NCBI GenBank assembly: GCA_022773305.1
Contig: JALFAW010000309.1
Span: 1 to 57,621 of the forward strand
Reading direction: 5' to 3'
DNA from: Spirochaetia bacterium
Lineage (GTDB): Bacteria > Spirochaetota > Spirochaetia > Treponematales > Treponemataceae
DNA length: 57,621 nucleotides
Position numbers and translations under genes: made by a program. Of this stretch, positions 57,404-57,621 are shown piece after piece. Position 1 is the stretch's first letter; each line of letters starts with the position of its first letter. The notes beneath the pieces were generated by a model that saw nothing but the letters and a program-made list of their open reading frames with translations, did no database searches and was not told where the DNA came from.

Positions 57404-57621
57404 ATGAGAATAACGGGTGGCAGCTTAAAAGGAAGAATAATAAAATGTCCGGATGGAATAATCAGACCGGCAATGGACAGAATGCGGGAATCTGTTTTTT
57501 CAATTTTAGGTGATTTGGACGGAAAATCATGGTTAGATTTATTTTCTGGTTCAGGAACAATAGCAATAGAAGCCGTTTCGCGTGGTTCAAAAGATGTTGA
57601 ACTTTGTGAAAAAGATAAAAT
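57404..57621 (+). CDS. rsmD: 16S rRNA m2G966 methyltransferase, 3' end outside window
   Basis: Manual translation MRITGGSLKGR..IRPAMDRMRESVFSIL..LDLFSGSGTIAIEAVSRG. Confidence 0.93.
   Translation, partial: MRITGGSLKGRIIKCPDGIIRPAMDRMRESVFSILGDLDGKSWLDLFSGSGTIAIEAVSRGSKDVELCEKDK

Overview
AT-rich, mostly housekeeping chromosomal window from a spirochete, very probably a host-associated (gut/rumen-type) Treponema. The assignment rests on a P83/100-family gene, the mltG-dnaG-rpoD-zinc-ribbon-rnpB-TPR-mreBCD-mrdA-rodA block and the rpsF-ssb-rpsR-rplI-dnaB order. It also holds the start of a trp operon with fused trpGD and trpCF, an ECF sigma/zinc anti-sigma module, mfd, glgA, three CCA-less tRNAs (Thr-TGT, Tyr-GTA, Leu-CAG), many RNA-maturation enzymes and a GldA/GldF-GldG/DUF4340-type ABC system. 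No transposase, prophage, CRISPR or defence island is visible. The most unusual signals are non-coding. (i) A ~180-bp MITE-like element with perfect 22-bp terminal inverted repeats occurs twice. (ii) Two further unrelated, highly structured intergenic elements (5740-5953 and 46299-46431) share C-GNA-G triloop mini-hairpins with the MITE, suggesting structure that matters in single-stranded DNA. (iii) A pseudouridine synthase CDS has its last 16 codons and stop on the antisense strand of tRNA-Leu. (iv) An S6:S18-like leader sits ~100 nt upstream of rpsF with a possible coupled uORF. All calls come from reading motifs by eye; no searches or folding programs were run.
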